Shown: one piece after another, positions 1-8,694 of the stretch
Layout of the letters: each line of letters opens with the position of its first letter
How positions within the stretch are numbered: position 1 is the first letter of the stretch
Assembly (NCBI GenBank): GCA_965198225.1
Contig: CBDAOY010000004.1
Span: 384,001 to 448,000 of the forward strand
Origin: Terriglobia bacterium
Lineage (GTDB): Bacteria; Acidobacteriota; Terriglobia; 20CM-2-55-15
Direction of reading: 5' to 3'
Length of the DNA stretch: 64,000 nt
Notes under the pieces: model-generated
What the model was told of the DNA's origin: nothing
Database searches by the model: none
What the model saw: only the letters and a program-made list of their open reading frames with translations
Position numbers and translations under genes: made by a program

Positions 1-1037
1 GTAGGCCCCGCGTAGTCGTAGGTGAAGTAGTTCACCATCTCTTCGATCCGCACGGCGTCGGGGGGCGGCAGCATCCTCTGGTTCAGGAAGCGCCGCACGT
101 TCGCGTACGCGGCGGTGTCGACATCGATTGAAAACGTCGCCAGCGGATCCTGGGATACCGAGACGAAGGCGTTGTCGACGATCCGGTCATACTCCTCGGT
201 GTTGAAGCGGTTCCGAGGCGGCAGGTCCGGCCGGAGGTCGCCTCTCATTCGGGAGAGCGCGTCCACTTCGTCCTCCGCAGCCACGAATCTTTGCCCCGCA
301 ACCCGCTGACTGGGCATGGCGGGCTGCTCGGCTCGCAGCGTTCCTCCCAGCACCCCACGCAGCTCGGACAACTCCCCGGCGCGGGTTCCCTGCGCCGGGG
401 CCGGCCCGGGCGCCGGGGGAGGTGCCGGTGGTGCGCTCTGCTTCTGCAACTGTGCAAATTCGACGATCCCGGAATCCCTATCCGCCGCGACCGGCGCGGC
501 CGGGCCTGCATTTCCGGCCGGAGACGGCTCGGTCGGGACGGACTGCGTGTCCTGCGACGAGGTCGGCTCGGCCTGGGCGGCCGTGCCCTCCGGCGGCGGC
601 ACCTGTTCGTTTTGGTTGCGGACCACCAGGCGCGGCGCCGGTGTGCGTTCGACCGGGACGGGGGTATTCAGAGCGAACGGGGTCGGTCCTGACGCCTGAC
701 GCGATCGCAGGAGGCTCGGAGTCATGATCGACACCAGGCCCATCAACACGAGCGCCGCCGCGGCCAGGCCGCCGGCCCAGGAAATGACTCTGCTTCCCGC
801 CGTGATCTCAGGCGCGGCCTCGAGCTCGACCGTTCGCCGTTGTTCCGCCGACAGGTAAACCTGTTCTTCGGAGGCGTAGCCTTCGCCGAGCAGACCGACC
901 GTGTCTCGGATCTCCTTCAGGACCTCCTCGGCCTCCGGCGACGACTCCATTTCGCGCTCGAACGCAGCGCGTTCGTGGTCGTCCAGTTCTCCCAGCACGT
1001 AGGCTGTCCAGCGTGGATCGTTGCGGTCGATACTCAT
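1..1037 (-). CDS. YfbK-like vWA-domain protein with an anti-sigma-like N-terminus and a TM helix (runs off the window edge)
   Basis: Manual translation: [19 protein letters not shown]...; TM segment [16 protein letters not shown]; [34 protein letters not shown]...[13 protein letters not shown] is typical of YfbK/vWF_A proteins. RBS GGAGA. Confidence 0.8.
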   Translation of the reverse strand, partial: MSIDRNDPRWTAYVLGELDDHERAAFEREMESSPEAEEVLKEIRDTVGLLGEGYASEEQVYLSAEQRRTVELEAAPEITAGSRVISWAGGLAAAALVLMGLVSIMTPSLLRSRQASGPTPFALNTPVPVERTPAPRLVVRNQNEQVPPPEGTAAQAEPTSSQDTQSVPTEPSPAGNAGPAAPVAADRDSGIVEFAQLQKQSAPPAPPPAPGPAPAQGTRAGELSELRGVLGGTLRAEQPAMPSQRVAGQRFVAAEDEVDALSRMRGDLRPDLPPRNRFNTEEYDRIVDNAFVSVSQDPLATFSIDVDTAAYANVRRFLNQRMLPPPDAVRIEEMVNYFTYDYAGP

Positions 1038-1228
1038 GGGATTCTCCTTACCAGGGACGGTGTCGGGGACGACGCCTTCGTCGGTGACGACGCCTTCATC
1101 CGCTCGCGAATCGTTTTGACTCCCGTGTGGATGAGGAAACCGACGTTGCTGACCGATAGTTGGGTGATGCTCGAGATCTCCTTGTAGCTGAGGTCGCACT
1201 GAAACTTCAGGCAGAGAACTTCGCGCTG
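1034..1228 (-). pseudogene. ECF sigma factor remnant (region 4 only)
   Basis: [41 protein letters not shown]. Its stop overlaps the vWA gene start (ATGA). An in-frame TAG lies directly upstream and there is no region 2. Confidence 0.75.
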
Positions 1229-1280
1229 CTAAAACAGTTCGAGGGAAGCGGATTTTAGAGAAGCCCGCGTCCAAGCGGAG

Positions 1281-1551
1281 GTGTAGGTGCGGTCTAATGA
1301 CCGCACACTCTTCGAACCGAAAACTGTGCGCTCATACAAGCTGTGAACGAATTATGGGAACGGAAAATCGGGTGGCGGGGCTTTTCAAGTGTAGGTGCGG
1401 TCTATGACCGCACAACTTGTGGTCCCGCGGGCATTTGTGTGCTCATAGACCTCACCTACACTTGAGGATCGCAGGTTCTTCGTGAAAAGCCCCACCACCC
1501 GATCCTCCAACAAATGACATTCGTTCACAGCTTGATCGAGCGCACCTACAC
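1281..1551. repeat. REP cluster (two nested GTAG-type doublets)
   Basis: GTAG-GTGCGGTC-TAT-GACCGCAC hairpins at 1283 and 1391, with inverted GTGCGCTC..GAGCGCAC-CTAC partners. Confidence 0.85.
1337..1534. mobile_element. Putative MITE inserted in a REP hairpin loop
   Basis: Perfect 16-bp terminal IR CAAGCTGTGAACGAAT (1337-1352/1519-1534) plus an inner 21-bp IR (1367-1387/1483-1503, 1 mismatch). Confidence 0.6.
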
Positions 1552-1656
1552 TCGATCCAAGAGTTTCGCTTCTCTCCGGCACCGACACGACGGCGGCCCG
1601 TGGTTACGTGAAGTTCCGGACGAACGAAGACGGAGAGGATCTTGAAAGACCGGGTC

Positions 1657-2073
1657 TCACTCCTCCAGGTAAATCCGGGCCCCCAGAAGCAGGGCGACCA
1701 CGGTACCGACGAGCATCCAGCCAAGGTGCATCATGACGGTTCCGGCCGGCTCCATCCCGGCCCTTAGCAGGGCCATGTCAGGGATCAGTCGGAGCAGGAT
1801 CCAGCAGTAGACGGCAGCGAGGATGGCGGTGCGAGGGCCGGGGCCGAACCGCGTCCGGATTGCTGCATAGAACCAGACCAGGAGTATCCCGCTTGCCAAA
1901 CCGATGATCGCGAAGCTGGATAGCGTTCCCGAGTCGATCGTCAGACCCATACTGGATGAAACCTGTGCCAAATCCTCTCCGAACGCCATACCGAAAATCA
2001 GCTCGAAGATGTCGATGACCACCCCTGCGGCGAGGCCGCCCATGACGACACGGCCCGTGTTGATCGAACTCAT
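1657..2073 (-). CDS. Hypothetical 4-TM membrane protein
   Basis: MSSINTGRVVMGGLAAG..., hydrophobic helices, YAAIRTRFGPGPRTA motif, RBS GGAGGAGG. Confidence 0.75.
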   Translation of the reverse strand: MSSINTGRVVMGGLAAGVVIDIFELIFGMAFGEDLAQVSSSMGLTIDSGTLSSFAIIGLASGILLVWFYAAIRTRFGPGPRTAILAAVYCWILLRLIPDMALLRAGMEPAGTVMMHLGWMLVGTVVALLLGARIYLEE

Positions 2074-2316
2074 GTGCCTCCTCCCGATTTCGGCGCTCGG
2101 CGACCAACCTTTTGCAAAGCACACATGCGTCGTTCGAGCGTCAAATGACGGTCGTACGATAGCACGGACGGAAATGTAATAGGGCCAGGCACCGGGGTGG
2201 CCCTTTTTCTTTCATTGATCGGATTCCAGATTTTTCTGGAAGACCTGCCCCATTGAGTTATAAATTCGGCGGACACACAGAAACTGAAACACACCCGCAG
2301 CGGTCGGAGGGGCCCA

Positions 2317-3753
2317 ATGAGGATTTCGTCAGCCAGGTTCTGCATTCTACTGTCACTCATGCTGTTGTCGGTCGCGGTTGCCGCGACGGCACAACAACCC
2401 ACGGAGATTGTCGTCCGCAACGGGACGATCGTGACGTCTGAAGGTCGCTACGAAGCCGACGTCCGTGTTCGGGGCGAGACGATCGTCGAGATCGGCCAGG
2501 ATCTTGCGGCATCGAACGACGCTCGGGAAATCGATGCGGAAGGCCTGCTCGTGGTCCCCGGGGGAGTCGATCCTCACTCCCACCTCAGCATCGGCGCCGA
2601 CGACTACACGAGCGGTTCGTCGGCGGCGCTTGCGGGCGGTGTGACGACGGTGTCGGATTTCTCGACTCCGCGAGACGGGGAACCTCTCGCCGCGGTGGTT
2701 GAACGGGCGGCCGCGAGGGTGGCGGCCGAGGGAATTGCCGACTTCATACTGCACGCGACCATCGCCGACCCGCGAGGCCGTCCCGCGGAGATGGAGGCGC
2801 TAGCCGAACTGGGACAGACCAGTACGAAAGTCTTCATGAACCGCCCGGCGTTCGAAGAACACATCGATGAATACCTGGCGATGCTGGACGCGGCCGGTGA
2901 GGCCGGCGTAATGAGCATGATGCACTGCGAGGATGGACCAATCCTCGCACACGCCGTTGCTGAACTCACCGCTGACGGTCATACGTCGCTCGAGTACTAT
3001 CCTCAAAGCAGGCCCCTCGTCGGCGAGGTAGTCGCGACGCAGCGCGCCATCGGGATGGCCGAGGCGACCGGGTCTCCGATCTACATCGTTCACATGTCCT
3101 CGGAGGGCGCCCTGCGAGTCGCCCAGGAAGCGCAGGCCCGCGGGCTGCCGGTTTTCGTCGAAACGCGCCCGATCTACCTGCATTTGACAGGGGAACGCTA
3201 CGAGGGTGATGACCGGGGGCTCTACATCGGCCAGCCTCCGCTCAGGAAGCAGAGCGATCAGGACGCGCTCTGGACCGGCATCGCCAACGGAACGGTCCAC
3301 GTCCTCGGAACCGATCACGTGCCCTACCTGAAGGAAACAAAACTCGATCCGAGCCAGACAATCGCCAACCACAACGCCGGGATGAGCAACCTGCAACTGA
3401 TTCGGCCGATGTTGTTCTCGGAGGGCGTCGCGACGGGGCGCATTTCCGCGGAACGTTTTGTCGCCGTCACCTCGACGAATCCGGCAAAGCTGTTCGGCCT
3501 CTATCCGCGGAAAGGAACGATCGCTATCGGTTCCGACGCCGACCTCGTTCTTTGGGATCCGAGCGAGACCCGGACCGTTCGCGACGAAGACATGTTCTCG
3601 AAGGCTGGCTACTCGACGTATTCGGGCCGTGAAGTGACCGGCTGGCCGACGATGACGATCCGCCGGGGCGAGATCGTTTACCAGGACGGCCAGATCGTCG
3701 GGGAAGTCGGCAGCGGCCAACTCCTCGAGCGGGGTCGATGGCAAGCTCCTTAA
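2317..3753 (+). CDS. Dihydropyrimidinase/hydantoinase-like cyclic amidohydrolase with signal peptide
   Basis: GGVDPHSH metal motif, STKVFM Lys, MHCE, IVHMS, GTDH, NPAKLFGLYPRKG. Confidence 0.85.
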   Translation: MRISSARFCILLSLMLLSVAVAATAQQPTEIVVRNGTIVTSEGRYEADVRVRGETIVEIGQDLAASNDAREIDAEGLLVVPGGVDPHSHLSIGADDYTSGSSAALAGGVTTVSDFSTPRDGEPLAAVVERAAARVAAEGIADFILHATIADPRGRPAEMEALAELGQTSTKVFMNRPAFEEHIDEYLAMLDAAGEAGVMSMMHCEDGPILAHAVAELTADGHTSLEYYPQSRPLVGEVVATQRAIGMAEATGSPIYIVHMSSEGALRVAQEAQARGLPVFVETRPIYLHLTGERYEGDDRGLYIGQPPLRKQSDQDALWTGIANGTVHVLGTDHVPYLKETKLDPSQTIANHNAGMSNLQLIRPMLFSEGVATGRISAERFVAVTSTNPAKLFGLYPRKGTIAIGSDADLVLWDPSETRTVRDEDMFSKAGYSTYSGREVTGWPTMTIRRGEIVYQDGQIVGEVGSGQLLERGRWQAP

Positions 3754-3775
3754 AAATGGGGCAAGAAAAAGAGAA

Positions 3776-3826
3776 AAAATGGGGGCAGAGCCCCCATTTC
3801 CCTAATTAGTTCTCCACTTATTGCAG
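3776..3826. repeat. GGGGGCAGAGCCCCC palindromic repeat, copy 1
   Basis: About 50 bp shared with 21216-21263 (inverted) and 25458-25565. Confidence 0.7.
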
Positions 3827-3889
3827 TCTTTAATTAGGGTAATAATATACTTGACGAATCAATCTTCATAGCGTAGACTAGTTTGTGTT

Positions 3890-4880
3890 ATGAAGACAAT
3901 ACGCGAACCCAAGACACTCCAAGAAGCCGTTGTCCACTTTGCCGACGACGACAACGCGCTGAATTACGTAGCGAGCCGCCGTTGGCCTGATGGCGCTGTC
4001 ATCTGCCCTACCTGCGGTCGAGATGATGTAACTTTTCTTCAAAAGCAGCGCAAGTGGCAGTGCAAGAGCCAGCATAAGAAACGCCAGTTCTCGGTGAAGG
4101 TTGGAACGATCTTCGAGGGTTCGCCTATCGGTCTGGACAAGTGGCTCTGCGCCGTCTGGATGGTCACTAATTGCAAGAACGGTGTCAGTTCCTACGAGAT
4201 CCACCGCGCTCTTGGCGTGACTCAGAAAACCGCGTGGTTCATGCTCCAGAGAATCCGCTTGGCCATGCAGGATGAGAAGCCCCAGAAGAAACTCTTCAAA
4301 GGTACGGTCGAAGCGGACGAAACCTACATCGGCGGACTTGCGCGGAACATGCACAAGAGCAAGAAGGCGGAGAAGGTTCACGGTACTGGTGGACTCGCCT
4401 CTGGAAAGACCGTTGTGCATGGACTGTTGGAGCGAAACGAACGAAAGCACGCTTCCACCATCCGTGTTGCCGTCGTCGCAAATGCTAGGAGGAAGACCGT
4501 ACAGAAACGAGTGAAGGATAACGTTGAACTTTGGATCGGCCGTGTTTACCGATGCGTTGCTGTCCTATGCAGGGCTCGAATCTGATTACTTTCATAAGTT
4601 CGTAAATCATGCCGAGCGATATGTTGATGGCGTTGTCCACACTAACGGTTGTGAGAATTTCTGGACACTCTTGAAGCGATCCATTAAGGGAACCTACGTT
4701 AGCGTTGAGCCGTTCCATCTCTTCCGTTACCTCGATGAGCAATCCTTCCGATTCAATAATCGCCGCAAGGCGAGTGACGGTGACAGGTTCAGCAAAGTCA
4801 TCGGCCAGATCGTCGGCAAACGAATCACTTACGCTCAACTGACAGGCAAGATGGCAACCGCGACGGGTTACTACATCTAA
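3890..4880 (+). pseudogene. IS1595-family transposase, frameshifted near 4530
   Basis: Zn ribbon CPTCG..CKSQH and VEADETYIG in the first frame; FTD, HTNGCENFW and RYLDEQSFRFN in the +1 frame. Confidence 0.9.
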
Positions 4881-5050
4881 ACGCCAGCGGCGCGGGAAAC
4901 GGCGGAAGCCTTAGCGGGCCTCCGCTTTTTCTTTCTGCGCTCTTCAACCTCCAGTCGGCTCCGTAGTTCCTCATAAGAGATCAGCAACAGTGTGCCAACG
5001 GCATTCTCGAATCGCTCAAGCTCCGTACTGCCCTTTATGTGTATCTTCAC
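4877..5050 (-). CDS. Small basic 57-aa protein inside the IS1595 element
   Basis: MKIHIKGSTELERFENAVGTLLLISYEELRSRLEVEERRKKKRRPAK...; its GTG overlaps the TGA of the passenger gene; below the ORF-track cutoff. Confidence 0.55.
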   Translation of the reverse strand: MKIHIKGSTELERFENAVGTLLLISYEELRSRLEVEERRKKKRRPAKASAVSRAAGV

Positions 5051-5347
5051 TTGGTAGCTGCCTTTCCGTTACCGCTTGCCTCGAATGGCAACGTTGCGGA
5101 TACGGGTCTTCGCATCGCCTCAATCATCTGTGAAATGGAACTTAGACAAACGTTGAGAAACATCTGTGCCTGTTCGGTGGTTAAGACTTGATCCGGGTGA
5201 AGGAGAGGGTTTCTGTACTCTTCTCGGATGTGATCTAGAAACCCAGTAATGCGCCGGTCAGCCTTGCCTGATTGCTCAAGGTTTTTTATGTATCCTCAGT
5301 GGTCACTTCAAAACCGGCCAACGGGGATGGCCCGGGACGGTGTTGTT

Positions 5348-6103
5348 CTACCTCTTTGGGACTGGACTCGGCAAGCCCGTTTTAGTCCTCCAACTCCGAG
5401 GGCCGCATTTGAGGATGTGGCCGTGATGGAGCAGCCGGTCCAGCATGGCTGTGACGGCGGCGCTATCACCCAGTAGTTTTCCCCAGTCTTGGACGGGTCG
5501 ATTCGATGTCAGTAACGTACTGGTCCGTTCATAGCGTCGCATCACGATCTCGAGGAGTTCCTCTGCTGCAGTGGGAGGAAGCTTCCGCATCCCCAGATCG
5601 TCGATGATCAGCAGCGGGACCGTCGCCAAAGCTTCCATGCACTCCTTTCGGGTACCGTCAATGGTGGCTTCGGCGATGTCGTCGAGAAGCGCATGAGTTT
5701 CACGGTAGACGACCCGATAGCCCTGCTCAATCGCAGCCAAGCCGATGGCCTGAGCCAGATGACTCTTGCCGGTGCCAGGAGGACCGAGAAACAAGGCATC
5801 GTCGTGCCTGGAGATGAAGGCGCCCGTCGCCAGGTCGAAGACCAGACTACGATTCATCTTCTTGTTGAAAGTAAAGTCGAAGGAGTCGAGCGTCTTCTGG
5901 GGATCGCGGAACCGGGCCTGTTTCCGACGCCGTTCCAACAACCGGATGCTGCGACGGTCCAGTTCATCCGAGACCAGACGAGAGACCAAGTCGATCGGCG
6001 CCATGGCTTCGGTCTGGGCCTGGTGGAGGCGTGTTTCCAACACCTCGGCAATGCCGCCGAGCCGGAGTTGTCGGAGAGCCCGCTGGAGTTCGATCAGATT
6101 CAT
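5348..6103 (-). CDS. istB: IS21 helper ATPase IstB
   Basis: Walker A GPPGTGKS, Walker B LLIIDDLG, TSNRP, LDRLLHH. Confidence 0.95.
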   Translation of the reverse strand: MNLIELQRALRQLRLGGIAEVLETRLHQAQTEAMAPIDLVSRLVSDELDRRSIRLLERRRKQARFRDPQKTLDSFDFTFNKKMNRSLVFDLATGAFISRHDDALFLGPPGTGKSHLAQAIGLAAIEQGYRVVYRETHALLDDIAEATIDGTRKECMEALATVPLLIIDDLGMRKLPPTAAEELLEIVMRRYERTSTLLTSNRPVQDWGKLLGDSAAVTAMLDRLLHHGHILKCGPRSWRTKTGLPSPVPKR

Positions 6104-7740
6104 GAGTGTTCCTGCTCCTGGATTTTGAGGTTGATGAGATCGCGATACTGAGTCAGTTCGCGAATGAGAGGATCGACCTGACGCAGGGCGAGTGGAGGTC
6201 GCCGCTCCAGATAGCGGCGGACGAAACGATACTCGTAGACGTGGAGTTCCAGTGCCGCAGCCGAAGCATCCTCCACGGCGGAGACACCGTACTTCTTGGC
6301 CAGGGAGAGCACACCCAGGATGCGGCGGACCGCAGCTTCCCCTTGTCGGCGGTGAATGGCGTCACAGAGTGTGCCGATGTGGGTGCCAGCGCGGCGGGCT
6401 CGGGCCAGCAGTTGCACCGTCGTTAACGGGGTTTTCTTCGGGTTGTCTTCAGCACGGACACGGTATCCACCCCGCTTCTGGCGGACATGCTCGCGGAGGA
6501 GTGGATAGGTGTTTGGGTCCAGGATCCGGACGTGAAGCGTGTCCCACTGGACCTTGACACCCCGTCCGATCCAGCCCGGCGGTACACTGTAATAGGCGGC
6601 TTCGACTTCGACGCAACCGTCGAGATGGACGACACGTTCACCGAATTGGTAATAGCGAAACGGTTCGATCGGCAGCGGCTTAAGAGATGGTTTCTCTTCG
6701 GCGAACATGGCCGCCACCTGCCGCTTGGTCGTGCCGTGGATGCGGGTGTCGGCCCATCGGACTTCCCAGCGATCCAGATACCCCTGGGCCTGGTCGAGGC
6801 TCTCGAAGCGCTGTCCCTTCAATGGGGTCTTCTGGGCGTGCCCGACACCGGATTCGACTTTGCCTTTGCGGTCTGGATCGCGCACCCGGCATGGCATGGC
6901 CACCACGCCGTAATGGGTCAGGACATCTCGAAACAACGGATTCAGGGTGGGGTCGTAATGGTCCGGGACGATCACGCCTTCGCGCAGGTTATCCAGCACG
7001 ATGAGGCGGGGAGTGCCGCCGAGTCGGCGGAACGCGGTCTCGTGCAACTGGGCCCAGATGCGGGAACTGGACTTGAACGTCAGCAGCCGGACCGATTTGC
7101 GGCTGTAGCCCAACGTCATCACGAACAGCCGCGTCCGTCGGTACTTGCCCGTCTTCGGATCCCGGACCATCGGTCCGGTCCCGTAGTCGACCTGCGCTTC
7201 CTCTCCAGCTCCGGTCTGGATGATTCCGACCGCTTCCGGGGATCGCACTCCCCGGAGTTTGCGAACGAAACGCTTGACCGATTCGTAGCTGCCGACAAAA
7301 CCGTGATCCGTGACCAGGTCCTGCCAGATCGCCATCGCGTTGCGGCCACGCTCCAGCGCCTGTTGGATGGTCTCCCGGTACGGCTCGCAGGAACTGCCCG
7401 ACGGTGGGCTTGGAGGGGGAGCCGACGACTCTGCCGAGACCGGATTCCCGGCCTCCGGGTCGGTGGTCACTTCGTTGGCCGGTTTTGAAGTATCGGAACC
7501 GCCAAACCCCTCAACGACACCATTTACGCCGTCCGGGTCGGTGGTCACCTCGTTGGCCGGTTTTGCCGGTCGCCGGCCCCAACTCCCGGGCGGCCGAATG
7601 GGGATTCCGGCCGCTCTCAGATACGCACTGGCCGTCTCACGACGCACGCCGGTGGTCTGTTCGATCCGACGCAGCGGCCATCCAAGCCGCCCCAATGCAA
7701 CAACTTGCTCTCTCTTTTCTGTGCTCAAGACATTGCTCAT
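6100..7740 (-). CDS. istA: IS21 transposase IstA
   Basis: N-terminal HTH, EAQVDYG, LDNL, KGKVE (DDE); ATGA overlap with istB. Confidence 0.95.
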   Translation of the reverse strand: MSNVLSTEKREQVVALGRLGWPLRRIEQTTGVRRETASAYLRAAGIPIRPPGSWGRRPAKPANEVTTDPDGVNGVVEGFGGSDTSKPANEVTTDPEAGNPVSAESSAPPPSPPSGSSCEPYRETIQQALERGRNAMAIWQDLVTDHGFVGSYESVKRFVRKLRGVRSPEAVGIIQTGAGEEAQVDYGTGPMVRDPKTGKYRRTRLFVMTLGYSRKSVRLLTFKSSSRIWAQLHETAFRRLGGTPRLIVLDNLREGVIVPDHYDPTLNPLFRDVLTHYGVVAMPCRVRDPDRKGKVESGVGHAQKTPLKGQRFESLDQAQGYLDRWEVRWADTRIHGTTKRQVAAMFAEEKPSLKPLPIEPFRYYQFGERVVHLDGCVEVEAAYYSVPPGWIGRGVKVQWDTLHVRILDPNTYPLLREHVRQKRGGYRVRAEDNPKKTPLTTVQLLARARRAGTHIGTLCDAIHRRQGEAAVRRILGVLSLAKKYGVSAVEDASAAALELHVYEYRFVRRYLERRPPLALRQVDPLIRELTQYRDLINLKIQEQEHS

Positions 7741-8694
7741 GCCGACGGAGCCTGTTTCGGCTTCCCGTCGGTGTCAATGTCCCGGGCTTATCTATGTTCG
7801 TTGGCCGGTTTTCAGGTGACCACCATTGGCCGGTTTTGGGTGACCGCCGAGGATGTATGTTCCCCAGTTCCGCATTTTGGCTTTAGGCTTATTGCCGATA
7901 GCAAACTCATAGTAATTCCTGATGATCGTTTCTGTTGCTCGGACGATGTGGAATCCTGCGGCAGTCGGGATATCGAAAGCTATGCATCTGCCGGCTTGCT
8001 GGATATCTCGTATCGCGGTATCAGGTAACTCCCTGCGGGTGGCATCTGGAAGAAGCCTCTCTGCTTCGTCTATGAGGATGCGTGTGTCGTAGGCCAACTT
8101 GCGCGATACGAAATAGGTGTCCAAAGATTGGCACTCAGCAGCAAGCACGGTTTCAAAATCCTGAACAGCTTTCTTGATACCGGCTATTTGCCATTGGTGT
8201 ATTTCTCTTTCAAAATCAAAAGCCGCTTCACCTTTCGCTATCTCTGGAAATTTGTCGGGCACTATCTCAACCAAAAGTCTCCACAAATCTGCACATGCAG
8301 GTTTACATACCGACAGTGGGTGTGAAAAGGCGTCCGAATAGATACTTGCAAGCACGTTCTTGGCCGTGAGGGCCTGACCAAAGACATTGCCAACCGTTGT
8401 TGCAGCATCCGGTAATTCGGCGAGTGGACGTATAGTCTTTGCGAGCCTATAGAATTGATATTCATCAACTTTTTGCATACGGCCTCCAAGGAGGGGGCAA
8501 AATTTAAGCGCAACTTTCATTGTCGCTTCCCAGCCTTGATTCGGCAAGTATATTGTTGCCCTTATTTGCTGCCCCTCGTTTTCAGCACCTTCTTTGGAAT
8601 GCGGGCCGCAAATCCGTTCCCTCCAACCAACACCTTCATATAAAATCAGCCTTTCTCGAGACCGATTTTACCCAAGCGGAGGTAAGCCGTGACG

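Larger units (their letters stand above)
5294..7852 (-). mobile_element. IS21-family insertion sequence
   Basis: Ends CCTCAGTGGTCACTTCAAAACCGGCCAA and CCTCGGCGGTCACCCAAAACCGGCCAA; 6-bp target duplication ATGTAT (5288-5293, 7853-7858); istAB. Confidence 0.95.
5047..8478 (-). pseudogene. HEPN (DUF4145-like) passenger gene, about 288 aa, interrupted by IS21
   Basis: Joining 8478-7853 to 5287-5047 restores the frame: ...DIQQAGRCIAFDIPTAAGFHIVRATE...NWGTYIKNLE...HIREKYRNPLLHP, with an R-x4-H motif. Confidence 0.7.
3837..8561 (+). mobile_element. IS1595-family element with passenger gene, containing a nested IS21
   Basis: 24-bp TIRs GGGTAATAATATACTTGACGAATC and (reverse complement) GGGCAACAATATACTTGCCGAATC, 3 mismatches. 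Lower GC than the flanks. No clear target duplication. Confidence 0.85.

Noticed and set aside
2181-2213. Terminator-like hairpin with U-tract as part of a riboswitch
   Set aside because: No identifiable aptamer upstream and no supporting gene context.
4520-4540. Programmed frameshift in the IS1595 transposase
   Set aside because: There is no slippery motif and this family normally uses one ORF. A mutation or sequencing error is more likely.
3829-8569. Target-site duplication for the IS1595 element
   Set aside because: The flanks (TTTAATTA vs TTATTTGC) do not match, so none is claimed.
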